Notes: generated by a model not told the origin, from the sequence alone. 64,000 nt of DNA from Octopus sinensis (GCF_006345805.1 NC_043018.1:4650001-4714000), one strand, 5' to 3'; shown: positions 11,522-24,879, counted from the stretch's first letter. Program-made: numbers and translations.

Positions 11522-13599
11522 TATATATATCTTTTACTCTTTTATATATATATATATATATATATATCCCCGTTACTTAGCGGTTCGGCAAAAGAGACCG
11601 ATAGAATAAGTACTGGGCTTACAAAAGAATAAGTCCCGGGGTCGAGTTGCTCGATTAAAGGCGGTGCTCCAGCATGGCCGCAGTCAAATGACTGAAACAA
11701 GTAAAAGAGAAAAAGAGAATATATATATACATATATATACAATAAAACATCCGGGACAGATAGATGATACAAAGGGGTACAGGAAAAACAACAATTAGAG
11801 GAAAAAAAGGACAGTTCATTCGTCCTTCATCAGTCTTCCTTCATCAGTCAAGTTACCACATGTCCTTACAGTTTCGGGCAGTTACACTTGAGACTGTTTG
11901 ATCTGGTTACTTCTATATATATAAAATAACACAATGAACAACCAACATCAGAAAAGACAAGGTAACTGTGGTAACAACAGTACTCAATAAAATGTACACT
12001 ATGATCATAACATTACAACCACTGTGTGAATAACATTATTACATACACACACACAATTATTTACACACATGTAGTCATATAAACACATCCATATGCACAC
12101 ACATGCTGTGTGTGTGTGTGTGCATGTGTACAAAAAGAGAATTATGTCAAGGTTTATTTTTTATAATTCAGTCATCCAAATATGTTCACACACAAGCACA
12201 TATGCATTCATACACACACACAGACACGTGAATACTTGCACATCAGCACACACACACAAACACATACGTGTACATACACACATAAACAAACACACAGTAT
12301 GTAACCTATTTATAGCAAAAGCGAAATGTTTTGAATTCCACAGGATTTTTTGTTTCTCCATTCCAACAGAAACATCTGTGACAGCTATTTGAAATAATAT
12401 AATTCACAAACCAATGAATATCCCCAATAATTGGGGGTAATTTTTGTAGGAAAAATACAAAAATATTTCAGCTCACATTTCTTTGTCTGTGCAAATAAGA
12501 ACTAAAACATTAAAGAACATTCCACATATTTTTCATCTTATTCCCCACCATTTCATTCTGAGAGCAGAATCATCATCATCATCATCATCATCATTTAACA
12601 TCTGTTTTCCATGCTGGCATGGGTTGGACAGCTTGACAGGAACTGGCAAGGCCAAGGGGTCACACCAGGTTCCCTAGTCTCTTTTGGCTTGGTTTCCACA
12701 CCTGGGTACCCTTTCTAATGCCAACCACTTAATAGCATGTACAAAGGGTACTTTTTATGTGGTACTGTCACCAATGCATTTTAACTTGATACCAGCACCC
12801 ACATCAATGTTTTTTTATGTGGCACCTTAGTTTTAGAATCTCGATTCTTTTGTGGTGGGCAGGTCTTCTCGGGCAATGTGCTTGCATTGTAATGTAAATG
12901 GTCTCAAAGCCTTTAAAAGACAAAGCTCCACAGTTTCATGGTGATGATGATGTGAAGAAGATGAGGAGCAAGGCTGCTGCACCCTTCTCAGTCTGGCTTT
13001 TCCACTGCTACTACAACTGTCTCTGCTTCTCAAAGATGTGCCATTCAAGTGGAGGCACATGGCTTAGTGGTTAGGGTATTTGACTTATGATTATAAGGTT
13101 GTAAGTTCGATCCCCAGTGGTGCATTTTGTCCTTGAGCAAGACACTTCATTTCCTGTTGCTCCTCTTCACTCAGCTCGCAAAATCGAGTGGTATATGTAT
13201 TTCAAACGGCTGGTTTTGTCACATTATGCGTTGTGCTAAATCTCCATGATAACTACATGAAGCGTACATGCATCTGTGGAGTACTCAGCCACTTACACGT
13301 TAATTTCACAAACAGGTTGTTCCATTGATCAGAAGAACTGGAACCCTCATCATCATAACCAGCAGAGTGGCATTTTTTCCCCTCCAAGTCCACTTGATAT
13401 GTTTCTTCCTTTCTCTTGGCACCAAAGCTGTGTCTGTTACCTTTCACTTCAAGATGTCAACCTCAGGACAGGAATCCTCATCCCACCTGTGTTTTCCCCA
13501 GAGTTGTCAACTTGCTGATGTTCAAGACAGGCACCAACCACATCAGGGGGACTGGTTTCAGGGGGACTTCATAATTCAAGAATTCATCACAGTGGACAA

Positions 13600-13830
13600 A
13601 ACATCATTATATCATCCCCCCACCATCACAACCACTGCCACCATTATCACCACCATGAACACTACCACCATCATGATGATCACAATCAACACTACCATTA
13701 TCCTCATCCTCACCATCACCATCATCATCATCACTACCACCACTACCACCACCACTGTCATCACCAATGCCATCATGACCATCACAATTACTACTACCAT
13801 CATCATCACCATCATCATCATCATCAGTTT
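13600..13830. repeat. (CAC/CAT)n trinucleotide microsatellite
   Basis: Run of CACCAT/CATCAT triplets. It explains the poly-T/I/M/D ORFs at 13325-13909. Confidence 0.9.
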
Positions 13831-14246
13831 TGCATTTGCTTTTTCTATTATGACATGTGTCAGACAAAACTGCTTAGGGTTGTATTCTATAGGGAGATGC
13901 CCTCCTTGATGCCAACCCTCGCTTGTTTTTAAGCAAGGTGCTTTATTTCACTCCTTCACACATCACACTGCTAGGGTGCCAAACATATTGCTAATGAGGG
14001 ACATAAACATCACTGCAGTTGAAGTGGTGTAAATAGGAACACACACACACACGTTAAAGTTTTTAAGTGAAGTTGTGTATAAAATGTTTAGCATCAAACT
14101 GAAGGATACGTTCCAGTGATGTACCTGCTTTTCTAAAAACTTTTGCAAGGAAAAGGTTGGAAGTGACTTCAAAGAATTGGTTTGTTTGCCATTAACAGAC
14201 AGCAGTCTGATGGCAGCAAGTCAGTCAAAAGTCACAGATGACCATT

Positions 14247-14403
14247 TCTTTATATACATACATGCATACATATATACATACATATATATATACATATATA
14301 TATATATATATTATATATACATACATATATATATACATATATATATACATATATATATATATATACATATATACATACATAATATATATACATATATATA
14401 TAC

Positions 14404-14434
<31 letters not shown>

Positions 14435-14600
14435 CATATATTATACATATATACATATATATATATATACATATATATATACATATATATATATATACAT
14501 ATACATATATATATACATATATCATCATCATATATATATACATATATATATACAATATATATACATATATATATACATATATATATACATATATATATAC

Positions 14601-14634
<34 letters not shown>

Positions 14635-14679
14635 TACATATATATATATATATAATATATATATACATATATATATATA

Positions 14680-14712
<33 letters not shown>

Positions 14713-15143
14713 CATATATAATATATACATATATATACACATATATATATACACATATATATATACACATATATATATATACATATATATATATATACAC
14801 ATATATATATATAACACATATATATATATACCTATATATATATATACACACACTATATATATATACACACAATATATATATATACATATATTATATACAT
14901 ATATATATATACATATATATATATATACACATATATATATACACATATATATATATACACACATATATATATACAACACACATATATATATATACATATA
15001 TATATACACACCATATATATATATACATATATATATATACATATATATATATATACACATATATATATACATATATATATATACATATATATAATATATA
15101 CATATATAATATATATATACACACTATATATATACACACCATA

Positions 15144-15175
<32 letters not shown>

Positions 15176-15189
15176 CACATATATAATAT

Positions 15190-15228
<39 letters not shown>

Positions 15229-15708
15229 ATATATATACACACACATATATATATATTATATATACATATATATATATACACATATATATATATATACACA
15301 TATATTATATATATATACATATATATATATATATACCACATATATATATATTTATACATACATATATATATATATATATATATTACACACATATATATAT
15401 TTATACATACATATATATATATATATACATACTATACATACATATATATATATATACTACATATACATACATATATATATATAATATACATACATATACA
15501 TACATATATATATATATATATATATTACATACATATATATATATATATACATACATATACATACATATAATATATATATACATACATATATATACATATA
15601 TATAATATATACATACATATACATACATATATATATATAACATACATATACATACATATATATATATATATACATACATATACATACTATATATATATAT
15701 ACATACAT

Positions 15709-15800
<92 letters not shown>

Positions 15801-15805
15801 TATAT
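14247..15805. repeat. ~1.55-kb (TA)n/(TACA)n microsatellite
   Basis: Continuous TA-based repeat with CA interruptions. It is the source of the Y/I-rich ORFs. Confidence 0.95.
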
Positions 15806-15808
15806 TTT

Positions 15809-15938
15809 TTTATTATATAGAAGGAGCTTCTACAGGACTAGTACTGTTTCATTCAAGAGAAATCTTCAGGAAGCTTCCTGAAGATTTCTCTTGAATGAAA
15901 CAGTACTAGTCCTGTAGAAGCTCCTTCTATATAATAAA
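15809..15938. repeat. Perfect 130-bp palindrome, no spacer, carrying an HHR-like core in each arm
   Basis: Centre AAG|CTT at 15873/15874, with every position pairing out to 15809/15938. The plus arm contains CTGAAGA (15878-84), GAAAC (15897-901) and GTC (15909-11). Confidence 0.92.
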
Positions 15939-16055
15939 TTAATTTTACTCTGCTATGTATGATACCTACTTACTGTGGTTAACCCCGGATCAACCCGGGA
16001 CCTACATATATATATATATATATATATAATATTATATATATATATATATATATAA

Positions 16056-17630
16056 CTTAGAAAGGTTTTGGCCAGTATTGGCCCAGGCCATGTCTAACTT
16101 AATAGCACCACCTGGCGAAGTCTTTCAATTCAGGATTTGGGCACCGAGGCCCATTCGAGCAGAGAGTTATTGTTTGTGGAGGCATATCCGGGTGTGGGTG
16201 GTTTGTCCGGGACTGTTTGAAGGAATTTGTCCAAAGACTTCTTGAATTTTGTGTGGTCAGTTTCTGTTTTGACATGTCCTTGTGTAATGTTGAAGAGAGC
16301 GGGTCCAATTGAGGTGAAATAATTGTGCCATATTGTCGTTATGTGATGCGATTTAGATTTTTGTTGTGGACGGATGGCACGTGGTCCAAGCCTTGGATGT
16401 ATTTTGAAGGTGATGCCAACATCATTCAGACAGTGCTGATGGAATATTTTCCACATCATACAGATAATGTAGCGTTCACGGAGTCGTTGGAGTGAATACA
16501 GTTTCAGCTTCTCTAGTCTACCCAAGTAGTCAAGGTCTGACATGCCATCTATCTTTTTTGTGATTGACCTTTGGGGAGCTTCAATTCTCATAATATTTTG
16601 TTTTGTGTAGGGAGACCACAGTGGACAGCAGTATTCAAGGTGGGGTCGGGCAAAAGTGGAGAAGAGAAGGATAATAGTGTGGGAATCTCTCGACTGGAAG
16701 GTTCTGAGAATCCAGGAACACATTCTGCGGGCCATGTCAACTTTGCTGCTTATATGTGTAGCCCAGCTTATGTTGTTGTCCACTGTTACTCCCAAGTCTC
16801 TGATGTTGTTGGACGCCATGAGAATTTCTCCAGAAGGAAGGGAGTATGGGAGTTTCAGAGCGTCCTCCCTTCCAAAGTGGATCAGTTCGAATTTGTCTTC
16901 GTTTAGCAACATATTGTTCTTTTCCGCCCATTGGACAACAGCCAGTAGGTCTGACTGAACACTTATTCGGTCATCCACGCCATTGATGACCTTCTGGAGC
17001 TTGGAATCATCAGCGAAGGTTCTGATGTTACTGTGTTTGATGGTGTCAGTAATATCATTTATGTAGATGATGAAGAGAAGTGGGCCCAACACAGTGCCTT
17101 GTGGGACACCACTGGTGACTTTGGCTGGGCTGGATTTGACTCCTTCGACTACAACATGTTGGGTTCTGTTAGACAGGAAACACTTGATCCACAGCAGCAG
17201 CTTTCCAGTGACACCAATATTGGACAGCTTTCTCAAAAGGATCTTATGATCAACCCTGTCAAAGGCCTTGCTGAAATCAAGGTAGATGACATCAGTGTTG
17301 AAACCCTCTCCCAAGGCTCTCAAAATGTCATCAAAATGATGCAGTAGCTGCGTCAGGCAATCTCTTCCATTACGGAATCCATGCTGGCTGGAGTTCTGCA
17401 TATTATGACTCTCAAGGAAGTGGGTCATACGCGATCTCAGCACTCTCTCAAATACCTTAATGATATGAGAGGTGAGTGAGATTGGACGGTAATTCACGGC
17501 AAGTGATTTGTTTCCTTTTTTGAAAACTGGGACAACAGACTGGGATAGAAGGTCTTCTGGTATATATCCAGCATCCAGTGAGTTCCGCCACAGATTGGCT
17601 AGAGGGGGTGCAAGTTGGTTTTGAAGAATA
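16056..17630 (-). mobile_element. 5'-truncated CR1-group LINE with intact RT C-terminal frame
   Basis: ORF 16130-17884(-) contains YRPISLTS, QHGFR, YLDFSKAFDRVDH, SGVPQGTVLGP, FADD, RDLG and LEYCCPLWSP. A short 3' UTR ends at a (TA)n tract. Confidence 0.9.
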
Positions 17631-20410
17631 TGCATCCCACAACATAGATCAGTAGTTAGCAACTTCAAGATCAGGGCTAAATGGCTATCCAGAAGACAAC
17701 CAGTGTAGAAAAGAAGGGTCTGGAAGCTTAAGGATCCTCTGAATGGACAGAAATTTAGAGACATATTACTTGAAGCTTTTGATGAAATAGAGAACAATAT
17801 AGCAAAATATAATGTGGAGGACAACAGGAGATTCCTACAGGACAACCTGTTGAGGGCTACTGACCAGATCTGTGGCTGGTGCAAAGTCCCCTCTCAACCT
17901 AAGGTGACAAAGTGGTGGAACAATGAGGTTGAGAGGGCCATTAGGGAAAAGAAACAGGTATGGAAGGACTGGAAGTGTGGTAATAACAGAGAAGTGTATC
18001 AGATTGCCAGAAAGGAAGCTAGGAGACAGGTTTACTTAACCAGAGGGGAGGCAGAAAAGAAGAGGACCCGAGATTTGAAGTGTTTCAAATTGCAAGACTG
18101 TGTGCAAGAGAAAATCACGATGTCATAGGAGAGAAATGTGTCTATATGGATGATGGCTCTCTTGCATTTAATGATGCTGCAAAAAAAGAGACATGGAGAT
18201 GCCACTATGAAAGGTTGCTAAATGAAGAGAATGAATGGGAGAAAGAGAGTCTGCCAAATGTTGCCCTAACCAGCTATCCGAATTGACAGTTCCTTGGTAG
18301 ATAAATTAAGGATATGAGACAGGAAAAACCCCTGGCCCATCAGGAATCACTGCTGAGATGCTTAAAAGATTTGGCAGTGTAGGTTATGGTCTAGTCACCC
18401 GTATAGTTAACCAAGTGATACACGAACGAGTTACAATGACTGGTGTAGCACCACCATAGACAACTGCTATGAAGGTAAAGAAAATGCCTTAGATAGAAAT
18501 AATTACAGAGGTATCAAAGTGTTGGATCAGGTGATGAAAGTCATGGAGAGGGTCATAGCCCAACTAATTAGGGAGAGAGTTAGTTTAGATGAGATGCAGT
18601 TTGGATTTGTGCCAGGGAGAAGCACCACTGATGCTATATTCCTGGTAAGACTACTGCAGGAGAAATACCTAACCAAAGATAAACCTCTGTACTTGGATTT
18701 TGTTGACATGGAAGAATCCTTTGACAGGGTCCCCTGATCCCTTATCTGGTGGTCAGTGCGGAAACTAGGAATAGATGAGTGGTTGACAAGCCATGTACAG
18801 GGAGGCTGTCAGTAAGGTGAGGGTTGGCAACGAGTATAGCGAAGAATTCCGGGGTCCACCAAGGATCAGTCCTCAGCCTCCTTTTGTTTAGCATAATCCT
18901 CCAGGCAATAACAGAGGAATTTAAGACAAGCTGCCCCTGGGAGCTCCTCATTGCTGATGACCTTGTTCTTATAGCTGAATCACTACCAGAACAAGAGAAG
19001 AAATTTCAGGTGTGGAAGTAAGGTCTAGAATCGAAGGGTCTTAGAGTTAATCTATCAAAAACCAGAGTCTTAGTAGGTAGGAAGGTGGACAAATCACAAA
19101 TCCCTTCAGGTAGATGGCCCTGCTTCATCTGTAGTAAAGGTGTTCGTAGAAACTCCATAAGATGTACCCGCTATAAGCTATGGACATATAAGAGGTGCAG
19201 CAATATCAGAGGAAGGTTAACAGGGAAGATAGTTTTTTTGTGTGGAAGGTGCACAGGTACGATAAACACCAAAAACATAGAGAAAATAGATTCCATTACA
19301 TGCCAGTGGGGAAAACTAAAAGTAGTCAATAGCTTCCGTTACCTAGGTGACCAAGTCAATAGAAGAGGTGGATGCTCTGAGAGACTTGCTGCAGGAATAA
19401 TAGGCTGGGCAAAGATCGGAGAACTCCTACCTCTGTTGGTAACAAAGAGCCATTTGCTTAGAGTGAAAGGCAGACTGTATGATGCCCGTGTGTGAACAGC
19501 CATGATACACGGCAGTGAAACATGGGCTGTGACTGCTGAGAACATGTATCGGCTTGTAAGAATTGAAGCTAGCGTGCTCTGCTGGATGTGTAATCTCAGT
19601 GTGCATGCATGACAGAGTGTAAGCATCCTGAGAGAGATGCTGGACAAAAGAAGCATCAGATGCCGTGTGCAAGTGAGATGACTGCGTTGATATGGTCACA
19701 TGATGTGTATGGATGAGGACAGCTGTGTGAAGAAACATCACACTCTAATGGTGGAGGGAATCTGTGGAAGAGGTAGACCCTGAAAGACATGAGATGAGGT
19801 GGTGAAGCATGATCTTTGAATGTTGGACCTCACAGAGACAATGACAAGCGACTGAGACCTTTGGAGATATGCTGTACTTGAGAAGACCTGGAAAGCCAAG
19901 TGAGATCGTAGTCATGGCCGATGCCAGTGTCATTTAACTGGCTCATTTAAAAGCACCCTTCAATCGTTGGGCGATATGCTGTACATGTGTGAACGCCTGT
20001 CAAACCAAATGAAATCATAGTCATGACCAATGCCAGAGCTGTCTGACTGACACCTGTGCTGGTGGCATGTAAAAAGCACCATTCGAGTGTTGGGTCTCAT
20101 GGTGGCAGTGGCAGATGATTGAGACCCTTGGCAATATACTGTGCTTGTGTTGACCCATCAAGCCAAGTGAGACCAATAGCTGTGGTCGATGCCAGTGACA
20201 TGTCAATGTGTCCCATGCCGGTGGCATGTAAAATGCACCCACTACACTCTCAGAGTGGTTGGAGCTAGGAAGGGCATCCAGCTGTAGAAACATTGCCAAA
20301 TCAGATTATAACCTTATGCAGCCCCCTCAGCTTACCAGTTGTCAGTCAAACCGTCCAACCCATGCCAGCATGGAAAGTGGATGTTAAACGATGATGATAA
20401 TGATGATCAT
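17623..20410 (+). mobile_element. RTE-clade LINE, 5'-truncated, frameshifted
   Basis: Fragments WKLKDP, ICGWCKVP, NYRGIKLLDQVMK, EMQFGFVPGRSTTDAIF, QGSVLS and LLIADD, with a 3' end GTTAAACGATGATGAT. Confidence 0.9.
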
Positions 20411-23400
20411 GATCAGTTCATATAGGTAGAGTTCAAATGAGTGCAAGCATGGCTATGTGGTCAAAAAGTTTCCTTTACAATTACGTCATTTCAGATTCGA
20501 TCTTACAAGGTACATTCAGCCAGCACCATTTAACACAGACATGGGTTTACTCAGCAACTGTGTGTGAAATTGATTAACAGAAACTGCATAGAAGCGCATT
20601 GAATGGACTGTATTGGTTCTTGGTTGGTAGATTTAATCAATCATTTGGTCTAGTACTTCTACCTTGCTTTAGGTACTTTTAGCAGAATGCATTTTGTTGC
20701 AAGTATTCAGACCAGATCTCAAACCCGAGGACAATGTAATACCTTGCTGCACAGCTTCCAGCTGCAATAGTGCAGTAGTTATGGTTTCTTTCAACTTTTT
20801 CTTCAGAGTTTTAGAAACTCTGACAAAAAAATAAAACATGAGTACAACCGTTTTTGCTGTGACTAAATCATCAGGCAGTGGATTCACCGTTCATACAATG
20901 GCCAAGAACGAATCAAGTATAGGATAATCAGCTCTCACATGTTGACACCGTTTATGGATGTCTTAAGGGAAAAGTTACTTGACTCAGAATGTTTCTGTTA
21001 ATTGAGTAGTCAAGAACAGATTCCGGAACTTCTGGGAACACCACTTGCCAAATATACTGATGCCCTATCCAAGTGGAATTTGTCTGTCAGCGAAGTACCC
21101 AGAAGCACGATCGTTGAGTTTAATGGCTCTTTTAAGTTGTTTTCAAATTTTCTATTTTTTGGCTATTAAAAAAACAAAAAAACAAAACAAAAAAAAAACA
21201 AGAAACAAAAATACCGCACAATTAAGGCATAATTATTTTATACGTCCTCTCAGAAAAGTTGTATACTTGAGGGGTAAGCTTCACCAAAAGTCTGCCAATG
21301 GACGTCCTCTTTGTTTTACTAATCATACTGCATGGGTCTCTCAACTTCCAGACACTAAACTAAATACTTTGGTTCCATTACTACCTTCCTTTCTAACTCT
21401 TTATACCTGGGCCCCATAACAACTAGAGGTGACAAACACCGCCTTTTTCAGACAGACGAAAAGGAAAGGGGTTTTTTTTTAATGTTTTTCATGACGTATG
21501 TTATCCTAAACAGCTACAATGGTGATAAGCACTGTCACTCTGAGAGAGTTCTTTCTTTTCTTTTAATATATTTTTATTAACCCAAGCGTATCCACAACAG
21601 CTGGGGAGACGATGAGCATTGCCTAGTGTGATCAAATTAAAATTTTTTTTTTTCAACTTTTTTAACAACACACGTTCATGATGAGAGAAGAGCAGAGTTC
21701 TGACGTTTCGTTCAGAGAATTTCCTTGAGGAAAGCAGAAGTACGTTGAGAAACAGGGACTAAAGTTGATGCACCTGGTTGGATAGTTAGGCAAGGCGTTA
21801 ACCTTGCTGCGATCAATTAATTGAAACGAGTCACTTTGTGAGCAGTGCTAAGAGTGACCTCCCCTTACTGCTATGTCGAAAATGCCCAACGAGGAAAGTT
21901 TGTGCAACGATTTCAAAGCTTAAAACCTTGGCATAATATGTGTGTGTGGAGGTTATGTTAATTCAAATATGTTTATATTTACAACAGAGTGACCATAATG
22001 ATTTACAATGAGGCAATTTCTAAACTAAAGAAGTTTATAGAAACATTTATTGAGGCGATGTATTTATATGTACAAATTCCTCTTTAAAACATTAATAATA
22101 ACAATTAAAATTGAGATCACAATTCGAAAGTTAATATTTTCACGAAATAAATTAACTCATAATCGCATTAACCGAAATAAAATATTCTTCACAAGCGAAC
22201 TGAAATTAATTAACCTTGTACTTTTGCATTTAACATTCGCCGGTGAAAATAACTTTCGTTTGCTTTTTACAGAAATAATTTCATTTAAAGATTCCCAGCA
22301 GAAGATGATAAATTAATTTCATTACTCACGGAGCATCGGTCTTCGGATGATGTTTAATCCATTCTTAAAATCGAATAAATTAAATTTTTTCATACTTTGA
22401 ATTAGCGAGCTTTTCACATATCCCGCCATCCTATCTGCAATTCTTCTTTTATATTACAAAATTACAAATAAAACATAATGAGATTGAGTAAAATAAATTT
22501 TTTTTCACACTGATAACTACTCTGTATTAACATTAATAATCAAAGAAAAAAGTAATAATCGATTTGTTTATGTTATATAATTAATTCCATATATACTGTC
22601 ATCGGCATAATTATTCATGTCACGAAGTATGTTAATATGAAGTTTCGTTTCGGCAAGATTAATTTAAGCTTCTTTATGCAACCTGAAATGGTATTTGCTT
22701 GATAGAAAAAAAGCTGCCAAGTCTTGGTTGGCGACAGAACGAATGAAGTTTCGTTTCACCAAGAATTATTTTGGTAACCTGATGACGAATTCATAATAGC
22801 TTGATAATTAGAAGCTGGTTGGCGATGGAACAAATAAAGTTTCGTTTCGGCAACATTAATTTAAGGCTTTTTTATGCAACCTGATGACGAAATCGTATTT
22901 GCTTGGCAGAGGAAACTGGAGAAGAATGTCTTTGACTGTCGCAGAACGAATGAGATAAACAACAGCAAGAATTCTGAGCAATTTTGATATAATGTTTTTA
23001 AAAATATATACATATATAATTTTAGTACAATGATATGCTGAACTGAGATGTAAATAAAGAGAGAGGGAAGAGAGAGACGGTGTGTGAGAAGAGAGAAACA
23101 GGTTTATTTGTGAAAACTTGTCAATTTATTGATTTGGTGGCGATTCCAGCCTGGATTCTGATTCCCAGATTCAACTTATTCCTCTCTTGACATTCAAGTC
23201 TTTCACCAATTTAGTGGAATGCGTCTGGATTCATAAAATACTTTAACGCGTACATTTCTTCTCTTATCTCTCTTTAATTTTTCATCTAAATTTAGTTTTC
23301 TTTTCATCGAAGCAACAACAATGTAAGGAGAAACCTGTTCGATTGGGACATCCCCCCTTTTCATATAAACAAAAAGAAGAAGAAAAATATACTCGGAAAT

Positions 23401-23481
23401 TCCAACTTGAAATGGATAAATGGTCATGAAGGAAAAAAACAACACGTTTCTATGCCTGAGTTTTCTTTGAGATTCTCCTAC

Positions 23482-23569
23482 CTGTTGGCAAGTTACCCTG
23501 TTGCTCTATCTCGACACATTGCCGCAGAAAACAACGGAAATAGATTGGAGAAAAGACAGATAAGGACAT
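23482..23569 (-). CDS. DARS2: Probable DARS2 coding exon 1 (putative mitochondrial targeting peptide)
   Basis: ATG at 23569 gives MSLSVFSPIYFRCFLRQCVEIEQQGNLPT-G|gtagga. The phase-1 donor matches the phase-1 acceptor of exon 2. Assigned by position and phase, not by homology. Confidence 0.6.
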
Positions 23570-23797
23570 TTATAAGCAATCTGTGATTGTGCTTTGCTTG
23601 AAGCCAGTGACGACCGCAAAATGAGGCCAATATCGAGTATTTGCTGAGGTTTTGTGAAAGGTCAGTTATAGATAATGCAGGAAACACAGTATAAGAATTT
23701 CAAAAGTAAAAGGAAAGTTTGCAAAATAGTTTTAAAAATCATTGAAGAAAAAGGAAACCTCTGAATAAATATCCATATTCCACACACACAGACCAAT
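23570..23797. promoter_or_regulatory. Candidate bidirectional promoter / 5' UTR interval between divergent DARS2 and RABL6 start codons
   Basis: Only 228 bp separate the two ATGs (23569 minus, 23798 plus). Confidence 0.55.
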
Positions 23798-23918
23798 ATG
23801 TCTCTTTTTCGGAAACTTCTTGGTGGCAATGAGCCAATCAAACCAGCAACTCCACCTGGACACCAACCCATGGGGGCCCAACTTCAGCGGAAATTCGCAA
23901 AAGGAGTTCAATATAACA
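23798..23918 (+). CDS. RABL6: Rab-like protein 6, coding exon 1
   Basis: MSLFRKLLGGNEPIKPATPPGHQPMGAQLQRKFAKGVQYN-A|gtaagt, similar to human MFSALKKLVG...LQRRFAKGVQYNM. Phase 1 joins TG of exon 2 to form ATG. Confidence 0.92.
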
Positions 23919-24879
23919 GTAAGTAGTCGTGTTTATTGTTCCTACACTTCTTCCTTCTTCTGTGTTCTTGTTTTCAATTGATTTCGTTTAGTGTACACAC
24001 ACACACACGCCTGCTTACTCAGTACTCACTCCTGATCTAGGTTTTCCCTTTTTTCTGTCTAAACATTTAGACGGATGGATGAATGAATGAGAGAATAAAC
24101 ATATTCTCATCTATCCATCCAAATATCGATCTATATTCTATATACCAATCAATCTATCGAGCCATTTCTACCCCTCTACCAGCCGTCCTTAAACTTTTAA
24201 CACTGAAACCGTCACAATTCGCAGCGATCTAAATAAATATTCAAATGATTAAAAACCATTTTTGTAATCACAAAATTTAATGGTTTTAGGGACATTTTGT
24301 TTCTTTCCATATTACCAAGTGAACGTGTACACTTACCCCAAGTGCGATAGTCTGATTATGTGTATAAAGCTGTGCTTATATACAATACACATACATTCAG
24401 TATACGTTGTATGTTTTTTACCTGTCCTTTGTTTATTTACAACACATTTTTTTTCGTTTATATATGTGTGTGTGTACAGTTCTCTTGTCTTGTTTATATT
24501 TTACAAGTTGCAACAAACGAGTGCCCTAGTTTTCTGCTGCAGTTTCCCTTCCTTAATCATGTTGTTTTATTGCTGACTGTAAGGAAATATTCTGATTAAC
24601 TGAGCACACGGGACAAACGTGCGGACGGTGAACAAGTATTTTCCTAAACATGGATGGACAGGCAATCAAATATTGGTTTACTGTGCATATCTTATCCGTG
24701 AATGACCCCCCCCCTACTCTACACGTTTCACACTGCAACATTGAGGGATCATGAAGAGTGGCCCCCAAAGTTCCGTTTCTGTGCAAACCAAACTCTGGTA
24801 TACATGAATACCGGAAGTAGGACCATTCCATTAGTATGTAGGAGATGCTCTCCCTGTCCACACATGCTTCCAGGTGAAC

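Noticed and set aside
11800-11915. Two minus-strand CTGATGA motifs with an AGGAC/GTCCT stem
   Set aside because: No GAAA follows the stem, so the core is incomplete. It is treated as an unclassified repeat related to 7320-7440.
13325-13909. 194-aa Thr/Ile-rich ORF and its poly-D/poly-V antisense ORFs
   Set aside because: They come from a (CAC/CAT)n microsatellite joined to SINE sequence, with no domain.
14177-15718. Long ORFs of up to 455 aa rich in Y/I/H/M
   Set aside because: They are translations of the (TA)n/(TACA)n microsatellite, which is stop-free by composition.
21680-21745. Minus-strand UUCU-CUGAAC-GAAACGUC-AGAA resembling a minimal HHR
   Set aside because: G8-A9 and helix II are missing. 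At best it is a deleted relic.
23493-23687. 64-aa ORF as DARS2 exon 1
   Set aside because: It starts at GTG and its donor is phase 2, incompatible with the phase-1 acceptor at 7906. The overlapping frame from ATG 23569 fits better.
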